Shown here in pieces: positions 26,617 through 35,646 of a stretch of DNA of 43,250 bases. Below the pieces are notes generated by a model. That model was not told the DNA's origin and made no database searches. It was given only the letters and a program-made list of their open reading frames with translations. The position numbers and the translations under genes were made by a program. Where the stretch lies: contig DASWBR010000203.1 of NCBI GenBank assembly GCA_036390495.1, forward strand, positions 1-43,250. The letters are read 5' to 3'. Source of the stretch: Candidatus Deferrimicrobiaceae bacterium. GTDB lineage: Bacteria; Desulfobacterota; Deferrimicrobia; Deferrimicrobiales; Deferrimicrobiaceae. Within the stretch, counting starts at the first letter, position 1, and every line of letters begins with the position of its first letter.

Positions 26617-27479
26617 GCCAGCCTCTCCTTTTTCAGGAAGGCGCGCAGCCCGGGGCCGATCTCCGGGTCCTTCAGGGAGAAGGCGACGTTCGCCATCTGG
26701 AACCCGAGCTTGGTCCCGGCGTCGTACCGGACCCCCTCGAACTCGTACCCGAGGATCCGCTCCGTGCCGAGGAGGGAGCGGATGGCGTCCGTCAGCTGGA
26801 TCTCCCCGCCCGCTCCGGGCTTCGTCGCGAGGAGGGCCGGGAAGATCGACGGCGGGAGAATGTAGCGGCCGATGATCGCCAGGTCCGACGGAGCCTTGTC
26901 CGGCTTCGGCTTCTCCACCATGTCCTCCACCTCGTACACCCGCTCCGCGATCCGTCTCCCGCGGATGATCCCGTAGCGGGACACCGCCTCCCGCGGCACT
27001 TTCTGGATCGCGAGGACCGCCCCCGCGCTGTGCTTTTCGTACGCCGCGATCATCTGCTTCAGGACCGGCACCTCGGCGTCGATCACGTCGTCGGACAGGA
27101 TGACCGCGAACGGCTCCTGCCCCACCATGGCCATCGCCCGCAGGACGGCGTGCCCCAGCCCCAGGGGGAGGTTCTGCCGGACGTAGAAGAAATCCGCCCC
27201 GTCGGTGACGCGCTGCACGATGGAAAGGAGGGTGCCGTCCGCCTTCTTCCGAAGCGTCGCCTCCAGCTCGAAGGAGACGTCGAAGTGGTCCTCGATGGCG
27301 TTCTTGCCGCGGCCGGTCACGATGATCATGTCCTGGACGCCGGCGGCCTTGGCCTCCTCGACCCCGTGCTGGATGAGCGGCTTGTCCACCAGCGGGAGCA
27401 TCTCCTTGGGGGACGATTTGGTGGCGGGGAGGAACCGCGTCCCGAACCCCGCCGCGGGGAACACCGCCTTGCGGATCAT
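26613..27479 (-). CDS. galU: UTP--glucose-1-phosphate uridylyltransferase
   Basis: Track ORF 26613..27818 trimmed to the ATG at 27479 (MIRKAVFPAAGFGTRFLPATKSSPKEMLPLVDKPLIQH...), giving 288 aa. YVRQNLPLGLGHAV and VEKPKP are typical GalU motifs. There is an ATGA overlap with the dinG stop. Confidence 0.93.
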   Translation of the reverse strand: MIRKAVFPAAGFGTRFLPATKSSPKEMLPLVDKPLIQHGVEEAKAAGVQDMIIVTGRGKNAIEDHFDVSFELEATLRKKADGTLLSIVQRVTDGADFFYVRQNLPLGLGHAVLRAMAMVGQEPFAVILSDDVIDAEVPVLKQMIAAYEKHSAGAVLAIQKVPREAVSRYGIIRGRRIAERVYEVEDMVEKPKPDKAPSDLAIIGRYILPPSIFPALLATKPGAGGEIQLTDAIRSLLGTERILGYEFEGVRYDAGTKLGFQMANVAFSLKDPEIGPGLRAFLKKERLA

Positions 27480-29497
27480 GCCTCGCCTCCTCGCCTTCCG
27501 GAATCGCCGGTCCCGCGGAAACGGCGGAAGAACGCCGCGACCTCGGCCCGGTCGCGCGTCCACTTCATGGGGGGGAGGTTCTCCCGGAACAGCCCGCCGT
27601 ACCCCCGGGTCGCCACGCGCGAATCGAGCAGCGCCACCACCCCGTAGTCGTCCCCCCGCCGCAGCAGCCTTCCCACCCCCTGGCGAAGCGCCAGCACCGC
27701 CTCCGGGAGCTGGTACGCGTCGAACGGGTCCTCCCCCCTCTCCCGCAGCGCCCGGATCCGGGCGGACGTCACCGGGTCCGACGGCGAGGCGAAGGGAAGC
27801 TTGTCGATCACGACGCACCGGAGCGACGCGCCCGGAACGTCGACCCCCTCCCAGAAGGTCCCCGTCCCGATCAGGACCGTGTCCTCCCCCTCCCGGAACT
27901 CCCGCAGCAGCTGGTTCCTCGGGGCGTCCCCCTGGACGTACAGCGTGTAGGGAAGCCGTCCCCGCAACGCCTCCGTGAGGGCCGTAAGGGTGCGGTAGCT
28001 CGTGCAGAGGACCAGCGCCCCGCCGCCGGAACAGTCGAGAATTTCCCGGGTTTCCCCCGCGGCAACGGAGGGAAACGCCGGGTCCGACGGGTCGGGGAGC
28101 CCCCGCGGCACGTAGAACAGCGCCCGCCCCTCGAAGTCGAATTCATTATCCACGATGAGTTCCCGGGCATCAACCTGCGCAAGCCCCACGCGGTCGCGGA
28201 AGTATCGCAGGTTCCCCGAAACCGAAAGGGTGGCCGAGGTGAGGAGGAAGGGAACCGGCTCCTCCCAGAGTGAGCCGGACAGGAGGGGGGAGATCTCCAC
28301 GGGCGTCCGGTGGAGGGAGATCGACCCGCCGCGCCGCTCCGCCCACGCGACCGCCGTGGCGGAGTCCGTCGAAAGGACGGCGCCGAGATCCTCCCGGAAG
28401 GAGCGGACCCTCTTCAGGAGCGCGTCCCGGTCGGCGGCGGGGTCGGACGGGACGGGGACGCCGTCGGACAGGGACAGGGCGAGCTCATCCGATGCGCGGG
28501 CCAGTGCGCCGGCCTTCTCCCCGAAGACGGAGCCGTCCCCGCGTTCCGGAAGGGGGAAGCGGCTGTCCCCGTCCCCCGCCGCGTCGAAAGCGGACTCCGC
28601 CGCGACGCGGAACCGCTCGACGAGCGGGAGGAGGCCGCTCCAGTCGCCCCCCGCCCTCCCGACGGCGCGTTTCACGTCCCGGGCGAGCTCCCGTGCGCGC
28701 CCGAGGGAAACGGTCACCCCGAAGAAGAGGGAGGCCGTCTCCTCGATCCCGTGCGCCTCGTCGAACACCACGGCGTCCGCACGGGGGAGCACCTCGCCGT
28801 GACGCCACCGCCCCTCGTCGTCCCCGGGCCGGACGGCCCCCGGCCGCAGGCGAAGCGCGAGATCTGCGAAGAACAGGTGGTGGTTCACCACCACGACGTC
28901 CGCCTCCGCCGCGCGCCGCCGCGCCTCCATCAGGTGGCACCGGTCCGTCTCTCCGCACCCGGAAGGCTCGCACATCTCGCTGCGGGCGTTGACCTCGCCC
29001 CAGACCCGGGCATCCTCCGGAACGCCGGAGGCCTCCGACACGTCCCCCGTGCGGGTGGTCTCCGCGAACCGCTGCATCGCGGCGAAATACGACGCCTCGC
29101 GGGCGAATTCGAACATCGGCTCCTGCAGGAACCGGCGCCACCGCCGGAGGCAGAGGTAGTTGGCGCGCCCCTTCAGGACGGCGCACGAGAACGGGTACTG
29201 GATGGCGTCCCGAACCAGGGGGATGTCGTTCTCGGCGAGCTGCTGCTGCAGCGTGCGGGTTCCGGTGGAGACCACCGTCTTCCGCCCCGACAGGACCGCC
29301 GGGACGAGGTACGCCAGCGTCTTCCCGATCCCGGTCGCCGCCTCGGCCACCAGGATCCGGGACCCCTCGAGCGCGTCGGCCCACGCCAGCGCCATGCGGA
29401 GCTGTCCGGGGCGCGGCTCGTACCCCTTCATCGCCCCGGACAGGGGGCCGCCGGGGGAAAGGGCCAGCCCGACCTTCCGGGCGAGGTCGCCGCGCAC
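27476..29497 (-). CDS. dinG: DinG/XPD-family (Rad3-like) ATP-dependent DNA helicase with a probable Fe-S domain
   Basis: 673 aa with a GTG start. It has motif I (AEAATGIGKTLAY), a DEAH box (VVFDEAHGIEE), Cys residues in YLCLRR..CEPSGCGETDRCH consistent with a 4Fe-4S cluster, and C-terminal helicase motifs (LVLCTSYRTL, GTGTFWEGVDVPG, VVIDKLPFASP, GVVALLDSR). Confidence 0.88.
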   Translation of the reverse strand: MRGDLARKVGLALSPGGPLSGAMKGYEPRPGQLRMALAWADALEGSRILVAEAATGIGKTLAYLVPAVLSGRKTVVSTGTRTLQQQLAENDIPLVRDAIQYPFSCAVLKGRANYLCLRRWRRFLQEPMFEFAREASYFAAMQRFAETTRTGDVSEASGVPEDARVWGEVNARSEMCEPSGCGETDRCHLMEARRRAAEADVVVVNHHLFFADLALRLRPGAVRPGDDEGRWRHGEVLPRADAVVFDEAHGIEETASLFFGVTVSLGRARELARDVKRAVGRAGGDWSGLLPLVERFRVAAESAFDAAGDGDSRFPLPERGDGSVFGEKAGALARASDELALSLSDGVPVPSDPAADRDALLKRVRSFREDLGAVLSTDSATAVAWAERRGGSISLHRTPVEISPLLSGSLWEEPVPFLLTSATLSVSGNLRYFRDRVGLAQVDARELIVDNEFDFEGRALFYVPRGLPDPSDPAFPSVAAGETREILDCSGGGALVLCTSYRTLTALTEALRGRLPYTLYVQGDAPRNQLLREFREGEDTVLIGTGTFWEGVDVPGASLRCVVIDKLPFASPSDPVTSARIRALRERGEDPFDAYQLPEAVLALRQGVGRLLRRGDDYGVVALLDSRVATRGYGGLFRENLPPMKWTRDRAEVAAFFRRFRGTGDSGRRGGEA

Positions 29498-29507
29498 GCC
29501 GCTCCCC

Positions 29508-31454
29508 TTACGGTTCGGGGACCGGGACGAAATTCCCCAGCTCGACCTTGAGGAGGGAGACCTTGCGACGGACCTCCCCGGACGGGGTGAACAGGAACGT
29601 CCCCGTGACGCCGCCGAAATTCTTCAGTCGCGCGATCCGCTCCCGCATCGCCTCCGCCGGGGAGCGGCCGGCGCCGTTCTGGAAGGGGAGGGCCTCGAGC
29701 AGGAGGAGGGCTCCGTCATACCCCATGGCCTCGAACCGGGTGGGGGCGAACCGCATCGCCTCCTGGAACTCCTTCCGGAACCGCTCTCCCTGGGAGCCGG
29801 GGATCGCGTCGGAATAGTCCACGGAGAAGACGGCCCCCGCGACGGCGGGGCCCGCCTTCCTCAGGAGCTCCTGGTCGTTCCAGCCGGAAAACCCCGCCAG
29901 CGGCAGGTAGATGTTGTAATAGCGGAGCTGCGACGCGAGGAGGAAGACCCGGTCCCACCGGTCGGCGATGACGATCCCGCTCTGCCGGAGCTTCATCGCC
30001 TTCCCCTTCTCCTTCGAGCGGGATTGCTCCTGGAAGGTCCCGCCGCCCACCGCCTTCCGGATGACCTCCGTGAAGTCCTTCGATTCGGGAGGATAGGACA
30101 CGGTCTTCGACACCCGGACGCCGCTCTCCTTCGCCGTAGCGGCCACGGCTTCCGCGAACCCCCTCCCGTACCCGTTTTCGGGGTGGAACAGGAGCAGGTC
30201 GGTGATTCCCTCCCGGGAAAGGTGCGACAGCACCGCGCCCGCCTCCTGCGCCGGAGAGAGGCCGAAGCCGTACAGGAACGGCTTCGAAAGGATCGATTTC
30301 TGCCCGAGGTACAGGGCGGGGGGCGATTTGGAGGTGAACGCCGTTGCCACGGAGTTTCCCTCCTCCCCCGTGACGGGACCCAGCACGCCGATCACCGTCC
30401 GGTCGGCCACCGCGGCGGCGAACTCCTTCCGCGCCCTCTCTGGCTGGCCCGCGGTGTCCACCCACCGGATCACCGGGACGCCGGCCTCCGGCTCGCGGCG
30501 GCGGTACGGGGCCAGGGCCACTTCCGCCCCCGAGAGGACGGAAAAGCCGATGTCCGCCAGCTTTCCCGAAAGCGGCACGATCCCCACGATCTTGGGCCGC
30601 GGGGAGGCGATCTTCTCCGCCCGGAAGAGGCTCTCCGCCGCCTCCCGGGACCCCTTCCCGCCCGCCCGCGCCGCCCGGTCGAAGGCGTAGGCCGCCATGC
30701 CGGGGAACCCTTTCCGGGTGGCGACCCTTCCCATCGCGAGGAAGAGCAGCGACCGCACTTCGGGATCCTCCTCGGACTCTCCCGCCTCGCGGAGGGCGGA
30801 GAGGTCCGCCGTGCCGTCGATGAGCGCGTCCCGCTCGGAGGAGATCCGGGCCGCGTTCTGCGGCGCCGCGGCCGCGATGGCCCGGCGGTACAGCGCGAGG
30901 GCGCTCCCCACCTTGCCGGATTCCGCGTCCGACCGCGCCATCAGGGCGAGAAGGGCCGGGACGTCCGCGTCGACGAACTTCTGATCGAGCAGGTACCCCG
31001 CCATCTGGCGCGCCTCGTTCATCCAGTTCATCCGCTGGTAGATCCGCAGCTTCAGGTCCACCGCGGAGAGGGAGAGGTACCGCGCCCGGGAGAGGAGGAC
31101 CGCCTTGTCCGCGGCCTCCAGCGCCTTGTCGAGCTCTCCCCGGGCCAGCAGGAGCTCCCCGACCCGCAGCCAGACGAACCCCTTGCGCTCCTCGTCCTGC
31201 GCCGTGTAGGCGAGATCGAGGAACCGGTTGAGCGCCTCCTCCCGGCGGCCCGCTGCGAAATCCGCCTCGGCCTGGAGGAGCGGGCCGATCGGGAACGTCC
31301 GGGCGCCTTTCAGGCCCGGCCGCGGAACGGGAACCTCGTCGGCCCCGGTGATCAGCGGCGGCGGAGCCTCCTGGGGGGCACCGGGAGCGGCGTGGGGGAA
31401 AACGGAGGCGACGAGCAGGGCGGCGGCGATGGCGCCCGCAAGGCGGCGTTTCAA
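29508..31454 (-). CDS. Secreted LpoA-like protein: an N-terminal TPR-like helical region plus a C-terminal type-1 periplasmic-binding fold (LivK/Peripla_BP_6-like)
   Basis: 648 aa with a TTG start (TTGA overlap with the dnaJ stop). It has a signal peptide ([20 protein letters not shown], no lipobox Cys) and a helical repeat region ([21 protein letters not shown]). The C-terminal half ([26 protein letters not shown]...[10 protein letters not shown]...) resembles Leu/Ile/Val-binding-type domains. Confidence 0.7.
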   Translation of the reverse strand: MKRRLAGAIAAALLVASVFPHAAPGAPQEAPPPLITGADEVPVPRPGLKGARTFPIGPLLQAEADFAAGRREEALNRFLDLAYTAQDEERKGFVWLRVGELLLARGELDKALEAADKAVLLSRARYLSLSAVDLKLRIYQRMNWMNEARQMAGYLLDQKFVDADVPALLALMARSDAESGKVGSALALYRRAIAAAAPQNAARISSERDALIDGTADLSALREAGESEEDPEVRSLLFLAMGRVATRKGFPGMAAYAFDRAARAGGKGSREAAESLFRAEKIASPRPKIVGIVPLSGKLADIGFSVLSGAEVALAPYRRREPEAGVPVIRWVDTAGQPERARKEFAAAVADRTVIGVLGPVTGEEGNSVATAFTSKSPPALYLGQKSILSKPFLYGFGLSPAQEAGAVLSHLSREGITDLLLFHPENGYGRGFAEAVAATAKESGVRVSKTVSYPPESKDFTEVIRKAVGGGTFQEQSRSKEKGKAMKLRQSGIVIADRWDRVFLLASQLRYYNIYLPLAGFSGWNDQELLRKAGPAVAGAVFSVDYSDAIPGSQGERFRKEFQEAMRFAPTRFEAMGYDGALLLLEALPFQNGAGRSPAEAMRERIARLKNFGGVTGTFLFTPSGEVRRKVSLLKVELGNFVPVPEP

Positions 31455-32557
31455 CCGAACATCTCCCGGACCTTCTCGAAGAAGCTGCGGGCGATGGGGC
31501 CTGGGGATTCCTCGGAGAGCTGCTGGTACTCCGCGAGGAGCTCGCGCTGCCGCTTGTTGAGCTTCTTCGGAACCTCGATCAGCGTGCGGATCACGAGGTT
31601 TCCGCGGCGGGAGGAATTCAGCTGGGCGACCCCCTCCCCCCGCATCACGAAATCATGGCCGGAGGGGGTGCCCGGAGGGATCGTGAGATGTTTCTTCCCG
31701 GAGAGGGTCGGGACCTCGATCGCGGCGCCCAGCGCGGCCTGCGGAAAGGTGATCGGCACCTCGCAGAACAGGTCCGGCCCGTTCCGGACGAAGAAGGGAT
31801 GCTCCCGCACCGTGAGGACGACGTAGAGGTCGCCGGCGGAACCGCCCGCCGTGGCCCCCTCCCCCTCGCCCCGCAGCTTCAGCCGCGTGCCGCTGTCGAC
31901 GCCGGGCGGTATCTTCACCTTGAGCGAACGGCTCTCCCGGACGCGTCCGGTCCCGGAGCACGCCCCGCATGGATCCTTGACGACCTGCCCGGATCCCCCG
32001 CACCTGCCGCACGTGCGCCGGATCGAGAAGAACCCCTGCTGGACCGTCACGTGCCCGCGCCCGTTGCAGGCGCCGCACCGCTCCGGCCGGGTCCCCTTCC
32101 GCGCCCCCGTACCGGAGCACTCCCCGCACGAACCGATCCGGGGGACGACGATCTCCTTCTCCGAACCGAAGACCGCCTCCTCGAAATCGACCGTCAGGTT
32201 GTAGCGCAGGTCGGAGCCCCGCTGCGAGCGCCCCCCCCCGCCGCCGCCGCCGAAGAAGCCGCCGAAGAAGTCGTTGATGATGTCCTCGACGCCGAATCCG
32301 GAGAAGTCGCCGAACCCGCCGAACCCCTGGCCCGCGGGGCCCGCGTGCCCGAACCGGTCGTACTGCGCCCGCCGGTCCGCGTCGGAGAGGACGGAGTACG
32401 CCTCGTTGGCCTCCTTGAACCGTTCCTCCGCCCCCTTGTCCCCGGGGTTGCGGTCGGGGTGGTACTGGAGGGCCAGCTGGCGGTACGCCTTCTTGATGTC
32501 GTCGGGGGAGGCGTCCCGGGAAACCCCCAGGACCTCGTAGTAGTCGCGCTTCTCCAC
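31451..32557 (-). CDS. dnaJ: Molecular chaperone DnaJ (type I)
   Basis: 368 aa with a GTG start. It has a J-domain ([36 protein letters not shown]), a G/F-rich linker, four CxxCxG zinc-finger repeats ([32 protein letters not shown]) and a C-terminal substrate-binding domain. Confidence 0.96.
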   Translation of the reverse strand: MEKRDYYEVLGVSRDASPDDIKKAYRQLALQYHPDRNPGDKGAEERFKEANEAYSVLSDADRRAQYDRFGHAGPAGQGFGGFGDFSGFGVEDIINDFFGGFFGGGGGGGRSQRGSDLRYNLTVDFEEAVFGSEKEIVVPRIGSCGECSGTGARKGTRPERCGACNGRGHVTVQQGFFSIRRTCGRCGGSGQVVKDPCGACSGTGRVRESRSLKVKIPPGVDSGTRLKLRGEGEGATAGGSAGDLYVVLTVREHPFFVRNGPDLFCEVPITFPQAALGAAIEVPTLSGKKHLTIPPGTPSGHDFVMRGEGVAQLNSSRRGNLVIRTLIEVPKKLNKRQRELLAEYQQLSEESPGPIARSFFEKVREMFG

Positions 32558-32561
32558 GGCG

Positions 32562-33119
32562 TCAGCGCCCCGCGCCGGCCGGCGGGTCCCCCGCGCCGTC
32601 GTCCGGGGCCGCCGCGACCACGGTCACCTGGGCGGGCCGGAGCAGCCGCCCGTTCAGCAGGTATCCCTTTCGCGCCTCGGCGATCACCGTCCCCTCGGGC
32701 GCTCCCTTCCACGGGACCGTCGCGATCGCCTCGTGGAGCGCGGGGTCGAATCCCCGCCCTTCCGCGGACAGCTGCTCGAGCCCGAACCTCCGCAACTCGC
32801 CGAGGAACTGGTCGTACGTCATCCGGACGCCGGACAGCAGCGCCGAGGGATCGGCCCCCTGCTGGCCCATGGCCCGCTCGAGGTTGTCCAGGAACGGCAG
32901 GACGGCGCGAAGCAGCTGCTCGTTCCCGAAGGCGGCCTGGGCCTCCCGCTCCCGCGCGGCGCGCTTCCGGAAGTTGTCGAACTCCGCCGCGAGGTACGCC
33001 AGCCGGTTTTTCAGCTCGGTCGTCTCGTCCGGCCCGCCGCCCCCCTCCTCCGGCGCGGGTTCCGGTCCGCCCGCGGGGGCCGCCTCCTCCGGCAACAGAT
33101 CCTTCTCCTTCTCCTCCAT
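32562..33119 (-). CDS. grpE: Nucleotide exchange factor GrpE
   Basis: 185 aa with an ATG start. [28 protein letters not shown] and the C-terminal [33 protein letters not shown] are typical GrpE motifs. Confidence 0.93.
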   Translation of the reverse strand: MEEKEKDLLPEEAAPAGGPEPAPEEGGGGPDETTELKNRLAYLAAEFDNFRKRAAREREAQAAFGNEQLLRAVLPFLDNLERAMGQQGADPSALLSGVRMTYDQFLGELRRFGLEQLSAEGRGFDPALHEAIATVPWKGAPEGTVIAEARKGYLLNGRLLRPAQVTVVAAAPDDGAGDPPAGAGR

Positions 33120-33164
33120 CCGCTCCTTCTCCTGTTTCCGTTGTGCGGGATTCGATCCGGCGGC

Positions 33165-34202
33165 CTACCGTTGCCCGAACATGGTGCTCAGAAGGCTCGC
33201 CGTGTACTCGACCAGCGGGATCACCCGGGAATAATCCATCCGCACGGGCCCGATCAGGCCGATGCTGCCGACGGTCGACGGGCCCTGCCGGTAGCCGGCG
33301 GCGACCACCGAGATATCCCGGAGTTCCTCCACCGGGTTCTCGGGACCGATGGACACCTGGATCGCCTGGCTGTCGATCGCGCGGTCGAGAAGGCGGAAAA
33401 TCACGCTCTTCTCCTCGAAGGCCCGGAGGATGCGCTTCAGGCGGTGGACGTCCTCCAGGAACTCGGGCTGCTCGAGGATGTTGGCGCGCCCTTCCACGAA
33501 CACCTCGCCGGGGGCGTTGTCGGCGAGCGCGCGGGCTCCCATCGTGAGGGCCCGGTGCATCAGCCGGTCGTACCGTGCCTTCTCCTGCCGGAGCTCGTGG
33601 AGGATCCGGGCCCGAAGCGCAGGCAGCGTCATCCCCTCCGCCAGCCCGTTCAGGAAGGCGTTGATCTTCTCCAGGTCCTCGGGCGTGAGATCCGGCTCTC
33701 CCTCGATCAGCCGGTGCTGGATCCAGCCGCCCCGCATCACCGCGACCAGGAGGATCCGGTCCACGGAGGCGCGCATCAGGCTCAGCGAGCGCAGGACCTG
33801 CTGGTCGGGGCGGGAGAATACCACGACGCTCGCCTGCCGGGCCAGGTCCGAAAGGAGACGGCTCACCTGGCGCACCACCTCGTCCGCGGGAGTGCCCCCC
33901 TCCTCCGCCGCGCGGCTCAGCCGGTCGGTCTCGCTGCGCTCCAGCGACTGTCTCGCGAGGAGGTGGTCGATGTAGTACCGGAACCCCGCCTCCGTGGGGA
34001 CGCGCCCCGCGGAGGTGTGGGGCTGGGCGAGGAAACCCGCCTCCTCGAGGTCCGCCATGATGTTCCGGATCGTGGCCGGGGAGAGGGCCTGCCCCATCTT
34101 CTTCGAGATGGTCCTCGACCCTACCGGTTCCGCCGTGGCGATGTAGTCCTCGACGATGTACCGGAAGACCTGGGTCGCGCGTTCGTCCAGCCCGGCACCC
34201 AT
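33165..34202 (-). CDS. hrcA: Heat-inducible transcription repressor HrcA
   Basis: LDERATQVFRYIVEDYIATAEPVGSRTISKK (winged HTH) and the C-terminal GSIGLIGPVRMDYSRVIPLVEY are typical HrcA motifs. I prefer the ATG at 34202, preceded by GGAAGGGGAAG. The track ORF uses GTG at 34220, which abuts the CIRCE element. Confidence 0.93.
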   Translation of the reverse strand: MGAGLDERATQVFRYIVEDYIATAEPVGSRTISKKMGQALSPATIRNIMADLEEAGFLAQPHTSAGRVPTEAGFRYYIDHLLARQSLERSETDRLSRAAEEGGTPADEVVRQVSRLLSDLARQASVVVFSRPDQQVLRSLSLMRASVDRILLVAVMRGGWIQHRLIEGEPDLTPEDLEKINAFLNGLAEGMTLPALRARILHELRQEKARYDRLMHRALTMGARALADNAPGEVFVEGRANILEQPEFLEDVHRLKRILRAFEEKSVIFRLLDRAIDSQAIQVSIGPENPVEELRDISVVAAGYRQGPSTVGSIGLIGPVRMDYSRVIPLVEYTASLLSTMFGQR

Positions 34203-34223
34203 TTCATCTTCCCCTTCCACTAT

Positions 34224-34250
34224 TTAGCACTCCCGACAAGAGAGTGCTAA
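34224..34250 (-). promoter_or_regulatory. CIRCE operator (HrcA binding site)
   Basis: Perfect match to the consensus TTAGCACTC-N9-GAGTGCTAA: ttagcactc ccgacaaga gagtgctaa. It lies immediately upstream of hrcA. Confidence 0.95.
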
Positions 34251-34255
34251 GCTAC

Positions 34256-34285
34256 AATCTACCAACTCCGGAGCCGCGGTGTCAA
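34256..34285 (-). promoter_or_regulatory. Sigma70-type promoter of the hrcA array
   Basis: The minus strand reads TTGACA (34285-34280), an 18-nt spacer, then TAGATT (34261-34256). CIRCE begins 5 nt downstream of the -10, the classic arrangement for HrcA-controlled promoters. Confidence 0.6.
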
Positions 34286-34460
34286 GTACGGCGGGGCTTT
34301 CCGGCCCGCCCGCCCCGGTCTGAACCGTACCCGATACGATAACAGACCGCGCGGCCCGGGGAGAACCGTTCCTTCCGCTTGACGCGTCCAAGCCTGGGCG
34401 ACTATCTTCGTCCGGGTACCCTGTCGCCGGACCGGCCCGGCGCGAAACGGAAGGGAACGC

Positions 34461-35624
34461 ATGAATTTCGTCTATCTCTCTCCCCACTTCCCCCCGAACT
34501 ACTACCGGTTCTGCGTCGGCCTCCGGGAGGAGGGGGTGAACGTCCTGGGACTGGCCGATGCGCCGTACGACTCCCTGCGCCCCGAGCTGCGCGCGGCGCT
34601 GACGGAGTATTACCGGGTGGACGACATGCACCGGTACGACCAGCTGGTGCGCGCCCTCGGGCACTTCACCCACCTCCACGGGAAGCTCGACCGGCTCGAC
34701 TCGCACAATGAGTACTGGCTCGAGACGGAGGCGCGGCTGCGGACGGACTTCAATCTTTACGGCATCCGGGAGGACCGGATCGCGAGGGTGAAGCGGAAGT
34801 CCGCGATGAAGGAGGTGTACCGATCCGCCGGGGTGCGCGTGGCGCGAGGCGGCGTGGTCCTGACGCTTCCGGAGGCGCGCCGGCTGATCGCGGAGACGGG
34901 GTACCCGGTGGTCGCCAAGCCCGACGTGGGCGTGGGGGCAATGGCGACGTACCGGATCGGGACCGACGATGAGCTCGTCCGCTTCTTCGACGAGAAGCCG
35001 CCGGTGGACTACATCGTGGAGGAGTTCATCCACGGGCAGATCTTTTCCTTCGACGGGCTGGCCGACCGGGACGGGAATCTCGTCTTCCACACCGCCCACG
35101 CGTACAGCCAGGGGATCATGGAGACGGTGAACGAGGACAACCACGTCTTCTACTACTCCCTCCGCGAGATCCCCCGGGACCTGGAGGAGGCGGGGCGGCG
35201 CACGGCGCTGGCCTTCGACGTGCGGGAGCGGTTCTTCCACTTCGAGTTCTTCCGCGACGACCGGGACGGCGGGATCACGGCCCTCGAGGTCAACATGCGG
35301 CCACCCGGGGGCCTGACCACCGACATGTTCAACTACGCAAACGACATCGACGTCTACCGCGGGTGGGCGCAGGTCGTGGCGCGCAACGAGTTCCGCCAGT
35401 CCTGGTCCCGCCCGTACCACTGCGGCTACGTCGGGAGGAAGCGGAGCAAGCGGTATGCGCACCCCCACGAGGAGGTCCTCCGCGCGTTCGGGAGACTCAT
35501 CCCGCACCACGAGGAGATGAACTCCATCTTCCGACAGGCGATCGGCGACTACGGCTACCTCGTCCGCTCGAAGGACGTCGGGGAGATCCTCGCCGCCGTC
35601 CGCTACATCCACGAGACCGCGTGA
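34461..35624 (+). CDS. ATP-grasp fold protein of unassigned specificity
   Basis: 387 aa with an ATG start. ATP-grasp-type blocks are YPVVAKPDVGVGA, DYIVEEFIHGQIFSFDG and ITALEVNMRPPGG. I cannot assign the N-terminal 110 aa (MNFVYLSPHFPPNYYRFCVGLREEGVNVLGLAD...) to a characterised ligase family from memory. Confidence 0.75.
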   Translation: MNFVYLSPHFPPNYYRFCVGLREEGVNVLGLADAPYDSLRPELRAALTEYYRVDDMHRYDQLVRALGHFTHLHGKLDRLDSHNEYWLETEARLRTDFNLYGIREDRIARVKRKSAMKEVYRSAGVRVARGGVVLTLPEARRLIAETGYPVVAKPDVGVGAMATYRIGTDDELVRFFDEKPPVDYIVEEFIHGQIFSFDGLADRDGNLVFHTAHAYSQGIMETVNEDNHVFYYSLREIPRDLEEAGRRTALAFDVRERFFHFEFFRDDRDGGITALEVNMRPPGGLTTDMFNYANDIDVYRGWAQVVARNEFRQSWSRPYHCGYVGRKRSKRYAHPHEEVLRAFGRLIPHHEEMNSIFRQAIGDYGYLVRSKDVGEILAAVRYIHETA

Positions 35625-35646
35625 CGCCGCGGGGGGGGGATTCCCG

